Origin: an uncultured bacterium | Lineage (GTDB): Bacteria > SAR324 > XYD2-FULL-50-16 | Direction of reading: 5' to 3' | Assembly (NCBI GenBank): GCA_965602905.1 | Contig: CBFCZY010000016.1 | Span: 2,280-66,279 of the forward strand | DNA: 64,000 nt | Shown: one piece after another, positions 48,772-59,296 of the stretch | Layout: every line of letters begins with the position of its first letter | Numbering within the stretch: position 1 is the first letter of the stretch | Notes under the pieces: generated by a model | What the model saw: the letters and a program-made list of their open reading frames with translations, nothing else | What the model was told of the DNA's origin: nothing | Databases searched by the model: none | Made by a program: the position numbers and the translations under genes

Positions 48772-49944
48772 TTAGGTGCCGAGAGCCCAATAGGTATGGA
48801 CTAGTTCTTTGAATCCCTTAGCCTGAACAGTGCCCCGAGGCTCACAGGATATTTGATCCTTCACTAGTTCGTAAGTGGATTCCGAAATTAAGATCTGCCC
48901 ATCATTGGAACTGGCCTCTAGGCGAGCGGCCAAGTTCACAGGTGCGCCAACGATGGTATAATCCATACGGTGTTCCGACCCAAAATTCCCTACAACACAG
49001 TCCCCTGTGTTGACCCCAATCCGAATTCCGATACCCATTTCTTTGGCCTTATCTCGCATTTCTAAGGACATTAAAAGGCAGTTTATAGCATCTTCTTTTT
49101 CCCCACGGGACTCAGGGTCACCAAAAAAGATCATCACGCCATCACCAATAAATTTATCAATAGTAGCTCCATGGTTAAGGGCGATTTGAGCCATTTCATT
49201 AAGGTAGCTATTCATCCACAGGGTTAAATCAGGGAGATCCATCGATTCTGAGGTAGCTGTAAAATCCACGATATCAGAGAAAAAGACAGTTAGTTTTTTA
49301 AGGTTGGTTTCGATTTTAACATCCCTTATCCCTTCAAAGATCGAATCATAGATCTGAGGAGAAAGGTATTTTGATAATTTTGAGGCTAAAAGTTCAATTT
49401 GTATTTTCTTCTCTTTGATCACAGCCGATTTTTTATAAATGGTATAACCAACCATCATTAAGAATGAAAAAAGAGAAAGGGCGCAAAGGAAAGAGGTTAA
49501 AAGGTCTGTTTCAGGGATAAACTCAAAACCAGTTGTGACAACAGCAAGGCCCATCCCTAGGGCTAAGGCCAGGGCGCCTTTGGCAAACATCATTAAACCT
49601 GCAGAAATATTATTCATGCAAGCCATTGAAACTAGGGCCGTTGTAATCCACAGGGAAAAGGACATATGGCCAACACAAAAGCCAACACAGAGGGACTCAT
49701 ACAGAAAATTTCTTAATTCTGCCTGCTTAGAGTTGGAGCTATATTTTGCGAGGAGGTAAAAAATATGGGGGCAAAGAAAACAAAAGAGGACTAAAAGAAC
49801 CCAAGAGGTTACTTCCATTTCTCGAAAATATGCCGTTGGGGCCAAGATCACAAAACCAAAGAGATAACCAATAGTACGGTTTTGGTAGGCTAGTTTATAT
49901 AGCGGCCTACGGTAAAACTTGGTTTTAGATGTCGATGGATTCAT
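48772..49944 (-). CDS. membrane-anchored class III adenylate/guanylate cyclase
   Basis: Six N-terminal hydrophobic segments. The C-terminal CHD has VFFSDIVDFTATSE ... IGVNTGDCVVGNFG. Confidence 0.75.
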   Translation of the reverse strand: MNPSTSKTKFYRRPLYKLAYQNRTIGYLFGFVILAPTAYFREMEVTSWVLLVLFCFLCPHIFYLLAKYSSNSKQAELRNFLYESLCVGFCVGHMSFSLWITTALVSMACMNNISAGLMMFAKGALALALGMGLAVVTTGFEFIPETDLLTSFLCALSLFSFLMMVGYTIYKKSAVIKEKKIQIELLASKLSKYLSPQIYDSIFEGIRDVKIETNLKKLTVFFSDIVDFTATSESMDLPDLTLWMNSYLNEMAQIALNHGATIDKFIGDGVMIFFGDPESRGEKEDAINCLLMSLEMRDKAKEMGIGIRIGVNTGDCVVGNFGSEHRMDYTIVGAPVNLAARLEASSNDGQILISESTYELVKDQISCEPRGTVQAKGFKELVHTYWALGT

Positions 49945-50059
49945 GAGGTACTTTTATGTGTAGTTCATTAGTTCATTTTTTATCCGCTAAGCTTGAGTCT
50001 AAGTCAATGTAGTAGCCCCAATAGGGTCACTAATGTTCTTTTGCCTTGAAATATTTACC

Positions 50060-50944
50060 TTAAGCGTTAACGAATTGAATTTTTTTAATCAAATAGTCTT
50101 TTCTTGATCGCCACTCAATGCCTCTCTGATTCCAGAGTAACAGCTTATTGGCATTTTCTGAACCGTAGTTGGCCCTTAGATATAACTGCGAAAAGTAGTC
50201 TTTCGATCTATTACTCAACTGCTTTACCCCCACACTTAGCATCATTAACACCTCCATTAGAATCATGGTCAACCATTCTTGAGGAAAGGAGGAAAGGCTG
50301 TGCATTTGGGGTGCAATCTTATTTTTTAAACAAGCAGCCAGTTGCCTCTTATCCTTATCCGATTCCACTAGTGAAACCGCATGTTTCACATACCTTTGTT
50401 CCCAAGGGTCAATTTGGTGATCGAGCAAGACAGTTGAAACTAAAGTCAGGGCGTAGCGATACCTTTGGCTTGCATCAAATAGTTCTACAGGAACTTTCCC
50501 AACAGGTTTGCTTTTGTGGTCTTGCCCATGAACAAAAAAGCTTCGGCCATGATACCAGGCTAAACCATCGCTGGTCCATTGAGATAAATCTGCCTTGATG
50601 CTCGTTGGGAATTTAAATCTTTCTGCGAGCATCTTGAGTAATTCACGCTCAGGGGCCGCAAGATGGACATCACAAATTAAGATCTCCACGACTTCGATAA
50701 AGATCGCAACTTGGTAGTGAGGATAAAATTCAGGTGGAGGGCCTAGTTTGGGAGGTTGGTGTTTTTGGATCGACTCCAATAACTCGGCTTTTATAGGTGA
50801 ATCTTGGATCAGCTGCATCATCCCTTTCAAGAAAGAAATTTCAGCCTCTTTGATTTTAGAATCGGCCAAGATGGCAACGATGATCAGGCGGACATACCAT
50901 TGTTTTTGTTCTTCGTTAAAAGCACTGACAGGTACTGCAAGCAT
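50060..50944 (-). CDS. TerB-like tandem-domain protein (paralog of 23461..24333)
   Basis: See the 23461 entry. The N-terminus is LIIVAILADSKIKEAEISFL. Confidence 0.55.
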   Translation of the reverse strand: MLAVPVSAFNEEQKQWYVRLIIVAILADSKIKEAEISFLKGMMQLIQDSPIKAELLESIQKHQPPKLGPPPEFYPHYQVAIFIEVVEILICDVHLAAPERELLKMLAERFKFPTSIKADLSQWTSDGLAWYHGRSFFVHGQDHKSKPVGKVPVELFDASQRYRYALTLVSTVLLDHQIDPWEQRYVKHAVSLVESDKDKRQLAACLKNKIAPQMHSLSSFPQEWLTMILMEVLMMLSVGVKQLSNRSKDYFSQLYLRANYGSENANKLLLWNQRGIEWRSRKDYLIKKIQFVNA

Positions 50945-51663
50945 GAGTCTATCCTTGGTTTGAGAGCGGTTTTACTCTTTACTCCCTAAATGCTGAGCTG
51001 CTCCATAAGCCAAATCCCAACGAGTTTGATCAAGTGAGCGAGTCTCACTTATGATTTGCAATGTTGGGTCACTCGCCCAGAGCAATGAAAGGGAATGGGT
51101 TACTTTGAAAGGAAAATTATTTCATAAGCTTAGCGAAATTATCTAGGGTGTTTTACCTAGTAGACCATAGAGTCTTTTTTATTGCAATCTTTGTATTGTA
51201 GATTGCCAAAATTTTCAAGGCTACCCACCTCTATATTAGAAGGCTGGGAGTATCAGTTATCATTACCAGATGCCTTTTAAGATCTTCGTGAATTTGAAGG
51301 ATTAGCGGGGCAGGCTTGGCATTTATCTAACCTTTTGCAGGGGGGACTTTCTTACTAAACAGGTTTTTGCGAGGTAATAGATTTGGTCTTCACATGTAAT
51401 TTCTGGAAAAATACCACTTTTAGAAATATTTTGTAATCTACTTACTAAGGTCAACTCCCTATTTTGAAAGGCTTTTTAATCTTGACCAAACCGATCAATT
51501 TATAAAATTTGGTGTTTTATCTTGTTGAAATTTATAAGTAAATGGAAATCCATCTAAAAAAACACCCTAAAAAGGACAAAAAAAGCCTTCACATATTCGA
51601 TTAGTCGTATATGCTAATGTTAAGTTTCTTAACAGACCTTCCAAAATAAAAAATGAGGTTTCA

Positions 51664-53106
51664 ATGACCAATTCTTCTCCCCTTGAGTATGACTACTCTG
51701 TTGCCAAAGGTTTTATCATCTCCGCTCTTGTCTGGGGTGCAGTGGGTATGACTGTAGGTGTCTGGATCGCTTTAGAGTTAGCATTTCCAGTCCTTAACTT
51801 CGATACCCCCTACTTGAGTTTTAACCGACTGCGGCCGCTTCACACTAATGCTGTGATCTTTGGTTTTACCCTGTCTGGTATTTTTGCCAGTTGGTATTAT
51901 ATCTCACAACGAGTGTTGAAAGTTCGCATGGTTTACCCTGGCCTCGCAAAGTTCCATTTAGTATTATACAACTTAATCATTGTCCTTGCTGCAATTACGC
52001 TTTTAATGGGGGTAACCTCTTCTAAAGAGTATGCTGAGTTACAGTGGCCTCTTGATATTCTTGTAGTGGTCATGTGGCTTAGTTGGGGTGCCCATATCTT
52101 TGCCATGGCAGGGGCTAGGAAAGAAAAAACCCTTTATGTTTCTATTTGGTATTACATGGCCTCCTTTTTAGGGGTGGGCATGCTTTATATCTTTAACAAC
52201 TTCGCTATCCCTACAAGGCTTTACTCAGGGGTCGGCAGTGTTATGCATTCGGTTTCTGCTTATTCGGGGACAAACGACGCTAATGTGCAGTGGTGGTATG
52301 GCCACAATGCTGTGGCCTTTGTTTTTACCGTGCCTATCATCGCCATGGCTTACTACTTCCTCCCAAAGCAAGTAAACCAACCTATTTGGAGCTACAAGCT
52401 TTCTCTTTGGAGCTTCTGGGGTTTGATTTTTCTCTACCTTTGGGCTGGCCCACACCATATGTTATACTCAACTATTCCTGATTGGGTGCAAACCTTAGGT
52501 ATGCTCTTTTCCCTCGTGTTAATCATTCCCAGTTGGGGCTCTATGATTAACTTGATGCTCACAGTGAGTGGAAAGTGGGAACAACTGAAAACAGATCCAC
52601 TTTTAAAATTTATGGTGATTGGTTCTACTTTCTATGGTTTTTCAACCTTAGAAGGTTCTGTGCAAGCCATTAAGTCCGTGAATGCTCTGGCGCACTTCGG
52701 TGATTGGATTATTGGGCATGTTCACAATGGTGCACTGGGCTGGGTAGCCTTTATGATCATGGCTGCAATCATGCACATGGTGCCTCGAATTTGGAATACA
52801 GAACTCTATTCCTTGAAGATTGCAAACCAGCAATTTTGGCTGCAAACCATTGGCATTGTCTTTTACTTTTCCAGCATGTGGGTAGCAGGAATAACCCAAG
52901 GTATGATGTGGCGAGCTACAGACCAATGGGGCAACCTAGCCTATAGTTTCTTAGATACAGTTAAGGTCTTGTACCCCTACTGGAGTCTTCGGGCATTCGG
53001 CGGAACTCTGTTCTTAATAGGTTTCTTTATGTTTGCTTACAATATTATTAAAACCATCCAGTTAGCGCCTAAGGCCAGCTTGGATAGTCAACCTGCAACA
53101 GCTTAA
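51664..53106 (+). CDS. ccoN: cbb3-type cytochrome c oxidase subunit I
   Basis: 480 aa, 12 TM, with heme/Cu His ligands in conserved contexts (HTNAVIFGF, WYGHNAVAF, HHM). Confidence 0.9.
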   Translation: MTNSSPLEYDYSVAKGFIISALVWGAVGMTVGVWIALELAFPVLNFDTPYLSFNRLRPLHTNAVIFGFTLSGIFASWYYISQRVLKVRMVYPGLAKFHLVLYNLIIVLAAITLLMGVTSSKEYAELQWPLDILVVVMWLSWGAHIFAMAGARKEKTLYVSIWYYMASFLGVGMLYIFNNFAIPTRLYSGVGSVMHSVSAYSGTNDANVQWWYGHNAVAFVFTVPIIAMAYYFLPKQVNQPIWSYKLSLWSFWGLIFLYLWAGPHHMLYSTIPDWVQTLGMLFSLVLIIPSWGSMINLMLTVSGKWEQLKTDPLLKFMVIGSTFYGFSTLEGSVQAIKSVNALAHFGDWIIGHVHNGALGWVAFMIMAAIMHMVPRIWNTELYSLKIANQQFWLQTIGIVFYFSSMWVAGITQGMMWRATDQWGNLAYSFLDTVKVLYPYWSLRAFGGTLFLIGFFMFAYNIIKTIQLAPKASLDSQPATA

Positions 53107-53117
53107 TAGGTGAAAAA

Positions 53118-53795
53118 ATGTTAAATAAATTTTTCTCATACATCGAACAGCGACCTTTCCACTTTGGCTTGGCTATCTTTTTAGTCATTGTCGTTGGTGG
53201 GGTTGTGGAAATCTTTCCCAGCTTCGTGGAAAACTCCCGACCAAACCAAGGTGAAAAGCCCTATACTGCTTTGCAGTTAGCAGGTAGACAGATTTATATT
53301 CAAGAATCATGTAACGCCTGTCACTCCCAGTTAATCAGGCCTTTTAAGTCGGAAACCGATCGCTATGGCAAATTCTCCACCAGTGGAGAATATGCTTACG
53401 ACCGCCCCTTCCTTTGGGGTTCCAAACGTACTGGGCCAGATCTTTTACGTGTGGGCAACTATAGAACGACCGACTGGCACGAAAATCATTTTCGCAACGC
53501 TGCCTCTGTTTCCCCTGGAACCAATATGCCTAATTTCCCTTGGCTATTTGAATGGAAGGTGGATACCGACACAGTATATGCAGAAATGTACACCATCAAA
53601 GGGGTCTTTAATACTCCCTACGACCAGGAAGGAATGCCCCCACTTGGGAGTCTAGAAGATCTGAAAAAACATATCATGGCTGAAGCTGAGTTGATTGCCG
53701 AAGACATGAAAGGGCAAGACGTAAAGGATGCCATTGCAAAAGGGGATATCCCCCAAGTGGTAGCCTTAATTAGTTACTTAAACAGTTTAAAGTGA
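53118..53795 (+). CDS. ccoO: cbb3-type cytochrome c oxidase subunit II (monoheme)
   Basis: N-terminal TM and a CNACHSQ heme motif. Confidence 0.9.
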   Translation: MLNKFFSYIEQRPFHFGLAIFLVIVVGGVVEIFPSFVENSRPNQGEKPYTALQLAGRQIYIQESCNACHSQLIRPFKSETDRYGKFSTSGEYAYDRPFLWGSKRTGPDLLRVGNYRTTDWHENHFRNAASVSPGTNMPNFPWLFEWKVDTDTVYAEMYTIKGVFNTPYDQEGMPPLGSLEDLKKHIMAEAELIAEDMKGQDVKDAIAKGDIPQVVALISYLNSLK

Positions 53796-53799
53796 GGTT

Positions 53800-53982
53800 G
53801 TGATGGAAATGGATTGGAGACAGTGGCTTTATGCCGCATTTGTATTTTCCATGCTGGTGAGCATGTTGGGCTTTGCCGCCTACCTGTGGCTTGATAAAGG
53901 CCGAGCCAGCAGAATTGAGCAAGATGGGATGATCCCCTTGCAGGATGAACCCGTTCACCCTCTTCTTAAAACTTCGGAGTAA
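53800..53982 (+). CDS. ccoQ: cbb3 oxidase small subunit CcoQ/FixQ-like
   Basis: 60-aa single-TM protein between ccoO and ccoP. Confidence 0.6.
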   Translation: MMEMDWRQWLYAAFVFSMLVSMLGFAAYLWLDKGRASRIEQDGMIPLQDEPVHPLLKTSE

Positions 53983-53985
53983 CCC

Positions 53986-54888
53986 ATGTTTGCTGCAAAT
54001 TTTTCTATTGATAGTGAATCCCAGATCACCTTGATTGCGGCTATCGCAATTGCTGGGGCTGTAGCTTGGCTCTTTTTGTTTATTATGAAAAGAATCAAGA
54101 ACCATAAAGAATTAGAAGGTGAAATTTTAGACCATAAATGGGATGGGATTGGTGAACGTAACAACCCTGCCCCTAAGGTGATGCATGTGATCATGCTTTC
54201 CACCTTTTTGTTTACTGTTTGGTACGCTACCATGGGTTTTCCCTTGGGTTCCTTTTCGCAGATCACCCAGTATAATACTGAGGTGAAAGAATACAAAGAA
54301 ACCTTTGATCAAAATTGGTCAGAGGCCAGTGAAGATGAACTCAGTGCTTTAGGCGAGAGTATTTTTAATTCCAAGTGTGTCGCTTGCCACGGTTATACTG
54401 GTGAAGGCCAAGACGGCAAGGCCGCCAACCTAATTGAGTTTGGATCAGTTAAGCATGTAGTCTATGTGTTAAAAAATGGTTCCCAAGGAATGGGTAAGCT
54501 CACTCCTTCTATGCCTGCCTTCTATATGATGTTAGGTGCTACTCCTGAGGAGAAAGAACAGAACGCCGCTGATGTGGCAGCCTATGTTGTCTCTCTTTCA
54601 AACCGTACACCAAGCGCTGGAAACCCAGAAGCTGGCAAGACAGTCTTTGATACAAACTGTTCGGCCTGCCATGGTTTTGATGGTAAAGGAAACGGCATCG
54701 GTGGTTCTATCCCCAATATGGCTGCAAACCTTACAGAGTACGGTACAGCACCCTATGTTGAAGCCATAATCAGAAATGGTAAAAAAGGTTTGATTGGCGA
54801 AATGCCTGGCTTTGAAGCTGAGGGAACTCTTTCTAACTTACAATACCAAGCCTTGTCCCTTTATGTGGCCAAGGGATTGGTAGAATAA
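53986..54888 (+). CDS. ccoP: cbb3-type cytochrome c oxidase subunit III (diheme)
   Basis: N-terminal TM and two CxxCH motifs (CVACHG, CSACHG). Confidence 0.9.
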   Translation: MFAANFSIDSESQITLIAAIAIAGAVAWLFLFIMKRIKNHKELEGEILDHKWDGIGERNNPAPKVMHVIMLSTFLFTVWYATMGFPLGSFSQITQYNTEVKEYKETFDQNWSEASEDELSALGESIFNSKCVACHGYTGEGQDGKAANLIEFGSVKHVVYVLKNGSQGMGKLTPSMPAFYMMLGATPEEKEQNAADVAAYVVSLSNRTPSAGNPEAGKTVFDTNCSACHGFDGKGNGIGGSIPNMAANLTEYGTAPYVEAIIRNGKKGLIGEMPGFEAEGTLSNLQYQALSLYVAKGLVE

Positions 54889-54901
54889 TCAAGGATACAT
54901 T

Positions 54902-55030
54902 ATGTTTAAATTGCAAGGTCTTGGTGGGTTTGTGCTCCTCGTTGTTGTTTTGGTTTCGCTCTGGGCTGGTCTTGTTACCACCGCTGTGAACAACCAAGCA
55001 GACAACGCCACCAACTATATTGAGAAGTAG
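54902..55030 (+). CDS. small single-TM protein (42 aa) between ccoP and ccoG, not in ORF track
   Basis: ATG at 54902 and TAG at 55028..55030. It encodes MFKLQGLGGFVLLVVVLVSLWAGLVTTAVNNQADNATNYIEK. It fills the gap exactly. Confidence 0.35.
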   Translation: MFKLQGLGGFVLLVVVLVSLWAGLVTTAVNNQADNATNYIEK

Positions 55031-55038
55031 GCTTTAAA

Positions 55039-56397
55039 ATGGCTGGGCTAAAGGGCAGCTATGTAGCAAAGCGCTACTGGGTTTTCGCTTTAATCACCTT
55101 GGTGATTGGGGCCATTCCCTTTGTGAAGCTTGGGGAATACCACCTGTTGCTCTTAAGCTTTAATCATGGTCGCTTTGAGCTTTTAGGTGCCAATTTTGAT
55201 GCCCAAGAGCTTTACTTCATTCCCCTTTTAATGATTTTAGGCTTTATCTTCCTCTTTTTTCTAACCAGCTTGGGTGGGAGAATCTGGTGTGGGTGGTTCT
55301 GCCCCCAAACCATTTTCCGCAGCCTTTTCCGTGATGGAATTCAGGGCCTTTTGTTGGGCTTGAGTCGTTGGAAGTGGAAAGACCGACCGCCTAAGTCTGA
55401 ATCCTTTAGCCAAAAGATTAGATTAGGCCTTTCCTACCTTATTTTACTGGTTTTAGCGGCGGTAGCCTCTGCCAATATGCTTTGGTATTTTGTCACTCCT
55501 GCTGAATTTTTTGCAGCTTTTACTGCCCCCCTAGACCATCAAATTTTACTTGGGCTTTGGGCCGGTAGCAGTCTTTTTCTCTGGCTGGATATCGGCTTTT
55601 GGGGGGAATCCTTTTGCGCTGTCGCTTGCCCCTACGCTAGGATTCAATCGGTTTTATTTGATGAAGATACCTTACTGGTTCTCTACGATGAAAAGAGAGG
55701 GAATAATAGTGATGGCTCCATGGGCAACAGAAACCTTGCCAAAGAGAAGGATGACTCTGGTGATTGTATTGGTTGCGACCTTTGTGTAAAGGTTTGCCCA
55801 GCAGGCATTGATATCCGTGAAGGTTTGCAGCTACCCTGTATTGAGTGTTTAGAGTGTGTTGATGCCTGTGCTCCTATTATGGCCAAAAAGGGCAAGGAAA
55901 ACTTAATCCACTGGGCAAGTAACAAATCCTTAAAGGGTGAAAAACTTCATCTTTTCAGGCCTAGAACCATTTTCTATTTTGTGGTTATGGCGGCCTTTGT
56001 GGCCGTTCTGTTAGGCTTAAGCGGTAAGCAGGTGGAGGTTTTAGCAAACTTAAATAGAGCGACAGGGCTTTATGCTATTAAGCCAGAACGGGTTGAAAAT
56101 CACTATATCCTGCTCTTAACCAATAAGACTTCAGAGACGAAAAGAGTAACCATTTTGGTAAAAAGTGAAGGCAATATCACATTAATCCGCCCAAAAAAGG
56201 CGGTGTTTTTAAAGCCTAAAGGCCGAGTGAAAAAGGTCTTGGTACTGGCTACAAAAGACAACCTAAACCCCAATGGGGAAAAGGATAAATCCTTGCCTAT
56301 TCGGCTCCTATTGCAAAGCGAAGCGGGAGTAGAATTGAATCAAATGATGAGTATATTTATTTATCCCTCGACACAGGAACTAAAGGAAAAACGATGA
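55039..56397 (+). CDS. ccoG: cbb3 assembly ferredoxin CcoG/FixG
   Basis: TM segments plus two 4Fe-4S motifs (CAVACPYARIQS, CIGCDLCVKVCP). Confidence 0.85.
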   Translation: MAGLKGSYVAKRYWVFALITLVIGAIPFVKLGEYHLLLLSFNHGRFELLGANFDAQELYFIPLLMILGFIFLFFLTSLGGRIWCGWFCPQTIFRSLFRDGIQGLLLGLSRWKWKDRPPKSESFSQKIRLGLSYLILLVLAAVASANMLWYFVTPAEFFAAFTAPLDHQILLGLWAGSSLFLWLDIGFWGESFCAVACPYARIQSVLFDEDTLLVLYDEKRGNNSDGSMGNRNLAKEKDDSGDCIGCDLCVKVCPAGIDIREGLQLPCIECLECVDACAPIMAKKGKENLIHWASNKSLKGEKLHLFRPRTIFYFVVMAAFVAVLLGLSGKQVEVLANLNRATGLYAIKPERVENHYILLLTNKTSETKRVTILVKSEGNITLIRPKKAVFLKPKGRVKKVLVLATKDNLNPNGEKDKSLPIRLLLQSEAGVELNQMMSIFIYPSTQELKEKR

Positions 56398-56903
56398 AAC
56401 AATGGAATTATTGGCCCTATATCACAGCGAGCTTTCTCGCCGTCGCCTTTATGATGACAGGCATGACGATATTTATTGCCGTAACAAAAGTACCTGTTGA
56501 ATTAGATGGCCGTTTTCAAATGAGCTACCAAGATTTTAATGAGAGCTATCTTGATTTTCAAAATCAGAGAGATGCCTTTGATCAGGCAGGCTATAAGATC
56601 AAAATGGAACTGCCAAAGTCGCTTGCAGCAGGCCAGTTTAATTTGTTGGTTACAGGCCCATCCAAGGTAGAAACTGCCAGCTTAGTTATCAGTCGGCCAG
56701 CTACAAACTTAGACCAACTTGGACCATTTAAATTACTTGGAGACGGGTCTAGTTTTGCCCATGAAATAACCTTACCCTTGACTGGCTGTTGGGTATTTGA
56801 TGTTAAAATGAAAGTAAATGACTGGATGATTTTTGAGCGTTCTTCCTTATTTTTCAACGATGCTGGTGAGCTTATAAAAAACCGTACCTGTGGTAGAAAA
56901 TGA
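56394..56903 (+). CDS. ccoH: FixH/CcoH-like protein
   Basis: 169 aa with an N-terminal TM. It overlaps ccoG and ccoI by 4 nt each. Confidence 0.6.
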   Translation: MKQWNYWPYITASFLAVAFMMTGMTIFIAVTKVPVELDGRFQMSYQDFNESYLDFQNQRDAFDQAGYKIKMELPKSLAAGQFNLLVTGPSKVETASLVISRPATNLDQLGPFKLLGDGSSFAHEITLPLTGCWVFDVKMKVNDWMIFERSSLFFNDAGELIKNRTCGRK

Positions 56904-59293
56904 ACCAAGCCTTAACTAGCAAATTAGTTTGTGACCATTGCCTATTGCCCATGATCCAAGAGGAGGCCATCATCCATGATGCTGCTGCCTTCTGTTGTCA
57001 CGGTTGCAAAGGCGCTTGGGACATGATCCATGCTGCTGGTTTGGCTTCTTACTATGAAAAACGAGAGCCCACCCCAGGCCTTGCTGTCAGCTTGCCTGAT
57101 TTACTTCCAGAAAGTGCAAATTTTACTGCTACTGAATTCCAAGAGACACAATCTACCCAGCTACTAATTACAGGCATCCACTGCGCTGCTTGCGTCTGGT
57201 TGAATGAAGCCTATTTGCTTAAATTGGATGGGGTGATTTCTGCAAAGGTGAACTATAGTAACCATCGAGCAACCATTGAGTGGGAGCCCGCAAAGACAGA
57301 CCTTGCAACCATCATTCATGCCCTTGCTAGTTTAGGGTATAGGGCTATGTATTACGATCCTCAGCAAAGCGAAAAGATGTTAGCCTCTCAAAGGTTGCTG
57401 GATTACCGCCGTTTTATCTTAGGCCTTTTTGCCATGATGAATATTATGTGGCTGGCTATTGCCGAATGGGCAGGATATTTTAGTGGCATGGAGCAAAATG
57501 TGAAAGATCTGCTTCACCTGGCCCAATTTACCTTGGCTACCCCTGTTGTTTTTTACTCGGGTAAGCCCTTTTTTACAGGCGCCATTGCAGGGCTTAAAAA
57601 CGGAATTTTAGGGCTGGATTTTCAAATCGCCTTTTCCACCTTTTTAATCTGGGGCTATAGTAGCTATGCTTCTGTAACCCAAACGGGCAGACCCTATTTT
57701 GAGTCGGCAGTGATGCTGATCACTTTTGTACTTGGCGGGAAATTCATAGAGCGTATTTCCCTAAAAAACATCTATGAATTTTCCAGCCATCTTGGGAACC
57801 ATCTCAAGGGCTTTGCCACTAGAATTGAAAAAAATCAAAGATCGCAGATTGCAGCCGTTTCCATTGAAATTGGCTGGGTTTTGGAAGCTAAGGCAGGGGA
57901 GCGGATTTTAGCCGATGGCATCATTGCCCAAGGTGCAAGCGACTTTGATGAAAGCTTTTTAACAGGGGAGTCAAAAGCCCAGTTTAAAAATCAAGGAGGC
58001 GAAGTTTTGGCTTCCAGCCTAAATTTGAGTGGATTAGTGCAATATAGGGTAACGAAAAAACCAGATGAATCTGTGGCCGCAAAGATCGCAGACCTTGTTG
58101 ACCTAGCCACCAACTCCAAACCACCGATGCAGCAAAGAGCAGACAAAATTGCTCGTGTTTTTGTACCCCTAGTTTTAGTACTAGCCACCTTAAATGGCTG
58201 GATTTGGGGGTGGCATGAAGGCAACTTTGAGGCTGGATTGATCCAGTTTATTGCCCTGTTAGTCATTGCCTGCCCCTGTGCTTTAAGCTTAGCTACGCCC
58301 ATTGCCTATTTGATTGGCATCAAGGAAGCCGCAAAAAAGGGCATTTTGTTTCGCAAAGCTTCCGTTATTGAAGACTTGAGCCAAGCTGAAGAATTATATT
58401 TAGATAAAACAGGCACCTTAACCGAGGGCAAGCCCAAGGTGATCCAAACATGGGGCGAAAGCCATGGTCCCTTACTCTTTGAAATGGTTTCAGGTTCACA
58501 TCATCCCTTATCCAGAGCCATTGTAGATTTTTTACCTAAATCCACAGAGTTGCAGGGCTTAGGCCTAGAGGAAATAGCAGGCAGAGGGCTAAGGGCCGAA
58601 CACAAAGGCCAAAATTACTTCCTTGGAAGTTTGGATTGGTTGAAAGAAGTTTGTGAGCTACCAGATGAGGCCCGTGTGTTCGCAAACCAACAGTTGGAAC
58701 TAGGTCGCAGTTTAGTCGCTTACGGCAAATCAGAAGTAAAGGTTATCTTTAGCTTGGAAGACCAAATCAAACCTGATCTTAATCTGACTTTGCAAAAACT
58801 AAAGGAACAGGGACTTAATTTATCCCTCTTGAGTGGTGATGCTAAGGCCCCCAGTGAAGCAGTAGCGGGCAAGGTTGGGATTAAAAATGTAATTGCTCCC
58901 TCCAGTCCTGAGGCAAAATTAGAGGTGATCTGTGAGGCTCAAAAGCGGGGCCCCGTGATCATGGTCGGTGATGGCATTAATGATAGCCCTGCCTTGGTCC
59001 AAGCCGACGTAGGGATCTCTATAGGCTGCGGCACCCAGACAGCCATTGCAGCCAGTGACTTGGTGCTTTTAGGTGACGATTTAAAAGGTCTTTTCCAAGC
59101 AAGGGTTATAGCTTCTAAAGTAGGTAGGCTAGTAAAACAAAACTTAGGGATTTCTTTAGGCTATAATATCCTCGCCCTTTCCTTGGCCTTTTTAGGCCTA
59201 GTTAACCCTCCCTTAGCCGCTGCAGCCATGTCACTTTCCAGCCTTTTGGTGGTGGGGAATGCATGGTTTTTCGGTGGAACTCAATTCAGGTAA
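56900..59293 (+). CDS. ccoI: copper-translocating P1B-type ATPase CcoI/FixI
   Basis: N-terminal Cys-rich domain, CPC motif (IACPCAL), DKTGTLT, and MVGDGINDSPAL hinge. Confidence 0.9.
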   Translation: MNQALTSKLVCDHCLLPMIQEEAIIHDAAAFCCHGCKGAWDMIHAAGLASYYEKREPTPGLAVSLPDLLPESANFTATEFQETQSTQLLITGIHCAACVWLNEAYLLKLDGVISAKVNYSNHRATIEWEPAKTDLATIIHALASLGYRAMYYDPQQSEKMLASQRLLDYRRFILGLFAMMNIMWLAIAEWAGYFSGMEQNVKDLLHLAQFTLATPVVFYSGKPFFTGAIAGLKNGILGLDFQIAFSTFLIWGYSSYASVTQTGRPYFESAVMLITFVLGGKFIERISLKNIYEFSSHLGNHLKGFATRIEKNQRSQIAAVSIEIGWVLEAKAGERILADGIIAQGASDFDESFLTGESKAQFKNQGGEVLASSLNLSGLVQYRVTKKPDESVAAKIADLVDLATNSKPPMQQRADKIARVFVPLVLVLATLNGWIWGWHEGNFEAGLIQFIALLVIACPCALSLATPIAYLIGIKEAAKKGILFRKASVIEDLSQAEELYLDKTGTLTEGKPKVIQTWGESHGPLLFEMVSGSHHPLSRAIVDFLPKSTELQGLGLEEIAGRGLRAEHKGQNYFLGSLDWLKEVCELPDEARVFANQQLELGRSLVAYGKSEVKVIFSLEDQIKPDLNLTLQKLKEQGLNLSLLSGDAKAPSEAVAGKVGIKNVIAPSSPEAKLEVICEAQKRGPVIMVGDGINDSPALVQADVGISIGCGTQTAIAASDLVLLGDDLKGLFQARVIASKVGRLVKQNLGISLGYNILALSLAFLGLVNPPLAAAAMSLSSLLVVGNAWFFGGTQFR

Positions 59294-59296
59294 ACT

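Noticed and set aside
51482-51498. TTGACcaaaccgATCAA as a canonical FNR box for ccoN
   Set aside because: The half-site spacing is 7 rather than the canonical 4, and the site lies about 170 bp from the start codon. It is kept only as a low-confidence note in findings, not as a feature.
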